DNA of 64,000 bases. It comes from Rhodospirillaceae bacterium MC!. Its GTDB lineage: Bacteria > Pseudomonadota > Alphaproteobacteria > MC1. The position numbers and the translations under genes are program-made. The stretch spans positions 143,823 to 207,822 of the forward strand of contig NQOV01000007.1 of the NCBI GenBank assembly GCA_002632265.1, in the 5' to 3' direction. Position 1 is the stretch's first letter. The number at the start of each line of letters is the position of its first letter. Shown one piece after another: positions 62,440-64,000 of the stretch. The notes under the pieces were generated by a model, which saw nothing but the letters and a program-made list of their open reading frames with translations, ran no database searches and was not told the origin of the DNA.

Positions 62440-63870
62440 TTATTTCTTGCTAGAATCGGCGGGAGTTGGGGCGTCGGGGAGTTTTTCGGCTATGGCGAAC
62501 CATTTATGAGCGTTATTTAGATCTTTATAGACATCTCGATAGATTCGTGCGAGAGCAAGGGCGGATTTTTTATTTTTGAGTTTGGCGGATACAGTGTACC
62601 AAATTTTAGCATGGGCGAAGTCTTGGAGTTGGTGTTCATATAAGTATCCTAAATTGTATCCTGCAATATCGTTCCCAGCTTGTGCAGACATTTCATACCA
62701 AGGCACGGCTTGAGACGGGTCTCTTAGTTTGAAGTTTAGGATATCGCCTAAAATCTGTGGAGCTTCGTTTCTATTATCATAAATATCGATAGCGATTTTA
62801 TAGTATTTGATAGCCTTAGAATAGTTTCTAACTTTATCATTATACATATTTGCCAACTTCATCACGGCTTCTTTTTGATGTGCTTCTAAGGCTTGAATAT
62901 ACCATCTACTAGCGGGGCCATAGCGTTTAAGTTTATAGTTATAGATATCGCCTACCACCATTAAAAGCTTGGGATTATTGGAAAGTTCATAGGCTTTAAT
63001 ATACCACCTTGCGGATTTTGTATAATCCTTATAGCCGTCATGGCCATAGATTCTAGCCAATTCAAGAGCTGATTGTGGATTCTGATTTCTATCATAATCA
63101 CGTTCATAATGATACACGGCAAGACTATATTTCTTCAGATCTCTATAAGCTCGAGCGATCTTAAAATTCATTCCTTTATAGCCTTGTTTTTGGGCGATAC
63201 GAAACCATTTAATTCCCTCAATATGATCTTTTAATTGAGTATCATACATCACACCGATATCGTAGGACGCTATGGGCTGTTTACTCACATAAGCGATTTT
63301 ATACCACACCACCGCACTATTATAATCCCCTAGATATTTATCATATATATAGCCGTTTTCATAGGCAGAGTTGGGATTTCTAGTCATCTCGTATGATTTA
63401 GTAAACCACTTGATAGCGGCCTTATATTCTTTCATATTAAGATGATATCTTGCCATATTTGTAATGGCATTTGGGCGATTATTTTCCACGGCCTTAAGAG
63501 AGTATTGATAATCTAAGCCGTCCTTATTATTAAAGCGGAAGTACATACTTCTCAACACACTAATTTCGCCATTTTTATGTTCATACAGATCATAACAATA
63601 GTCATTACCTTGATAAAAATGATCGGTAATATATTGATTTTCTGCATAGGCGTTATTTCTAGGATTTAGATTGGAGCTAGTTAAATGGCTTTTAAAGATA
63701 TTAGTACACTGGTTGATAGCGTCCAATTCCTTAGCCGTATACCAATGGGTAAAGCGTCTTGTTTTAAAATCGGAACTTGCGGTAATCACGTCGGTATCAG
63801 AGCCACAAGACGATAGTAACATTAATAATGCTGATGAGAATAATAGTAATCTTACAGATATTTTAGACAT
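62440..63870 (-). CDS. Sel1-repeat lipoprotein
   Basis: Lipobox LSS-C after MSKISVR; about ten A..lG.iY...DY..A..WY..A repeats. Confidence 0.88.
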   Translation of the reverse strand: MSKISVRLLLFSSALLMLLSSCGSDTDVITASSDFKTRRFTHWYTAKELDAINQCTNIFKSHLTSSNLNPRNNAYAENQYITDHFYQGNDYCYDLYEHKNGEISVLRSMYFRFNNKDGLDYQYSLKAVENNRPNAITNMARYHLNMKEYKAAIKWFTKSYEMTRNPNSAYENGYIYDKYLGDYNSAVVWYKIAYVSKQPIASYDIGVMYDTQLKDHIEGIKWFRIAQKQGYKGMNFKIARAYRDLKKYSLAVYHYERDYDRNQNPQSALELARIYGHDGYKDYTKSARWYIKAYELSNNPKLLMVVGDIYNYKLKRYGPASRWYIQALEAHQKEAVMKLANMYNDKVRNYSKAIKYYKIAIDIYDNRNEAPQILGDILNFKLRDPSQAVPWYEMSAQAGNDIAGYNLGYLYEHQLQDFAHAKIWYTVSAKLKNKKSALALARIYRDVYKDLNNAHKWFAIAEKLPDAPTPADSSKK

Positions 63871-64000
63871 AAAAAATAACCCCTTGAACATATATATTGA
63901 TTTTGATTTTAAGTTTCACTTATTCTTTACTTAATCTATTGTAACATTTTATTGTATAAAAAAAAAGTAAATTATTACTTAACATTTGATATCTATTAGT

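Overview
AT-rich chromosomal window from an Alphaproteobacterium. The assignment rests on the alphaproteobacterial-type 6S RNA and the ispG-hisS-prfA-prmC, DUF2066-hdaA and rpmH-rnpA-yidD-yidC blocks. Most genes are housekeeping: plsC, tgt, folBK/folA, dnaN-recF, gap, zapA, comF, pcm, ldhA, oppA, serB, sfsA, iscS-U-A-hscB, tldD, gloB and 2x tRNA-Glu. No transposase, integrase, cas gene or true CRISPR array is visible. The unusual content is: (1) a family of ~109-bp palindromic elements with a conserved core and divergent but self-complementary arms, nearly all at the stop codon of a minus-strand gene; (2) a 2-kb non-coding island after sfsA, made of a 27.5 x 34-bp tandem array plus three copies of a second element bounded by GGCCTAA/TTAGGCC, whose collapsed forms recur at 48.1 kb (perfect 40-bp palindrome) and 62.1 kb; (3) four tandem LacY-family transporters that, by eye alignment, lack LacY's proton-coupling and galactoside-binding residues and share a conserved promoter and structured leader; (4) a 942-aa membrane-anchored coiled coil with a histone-like KK-pentapeptide tail; (5) an SsoII-like R-M pair next to zapA, with 6S RNA located elsewhere; (6) a sigma54-type promoter before an orphan Cys/Trp-free acidic protein; (7) C-rich/G-poor sense-strand tails at several operon ends. 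All alignments and counts were done by eye, with no database searches.
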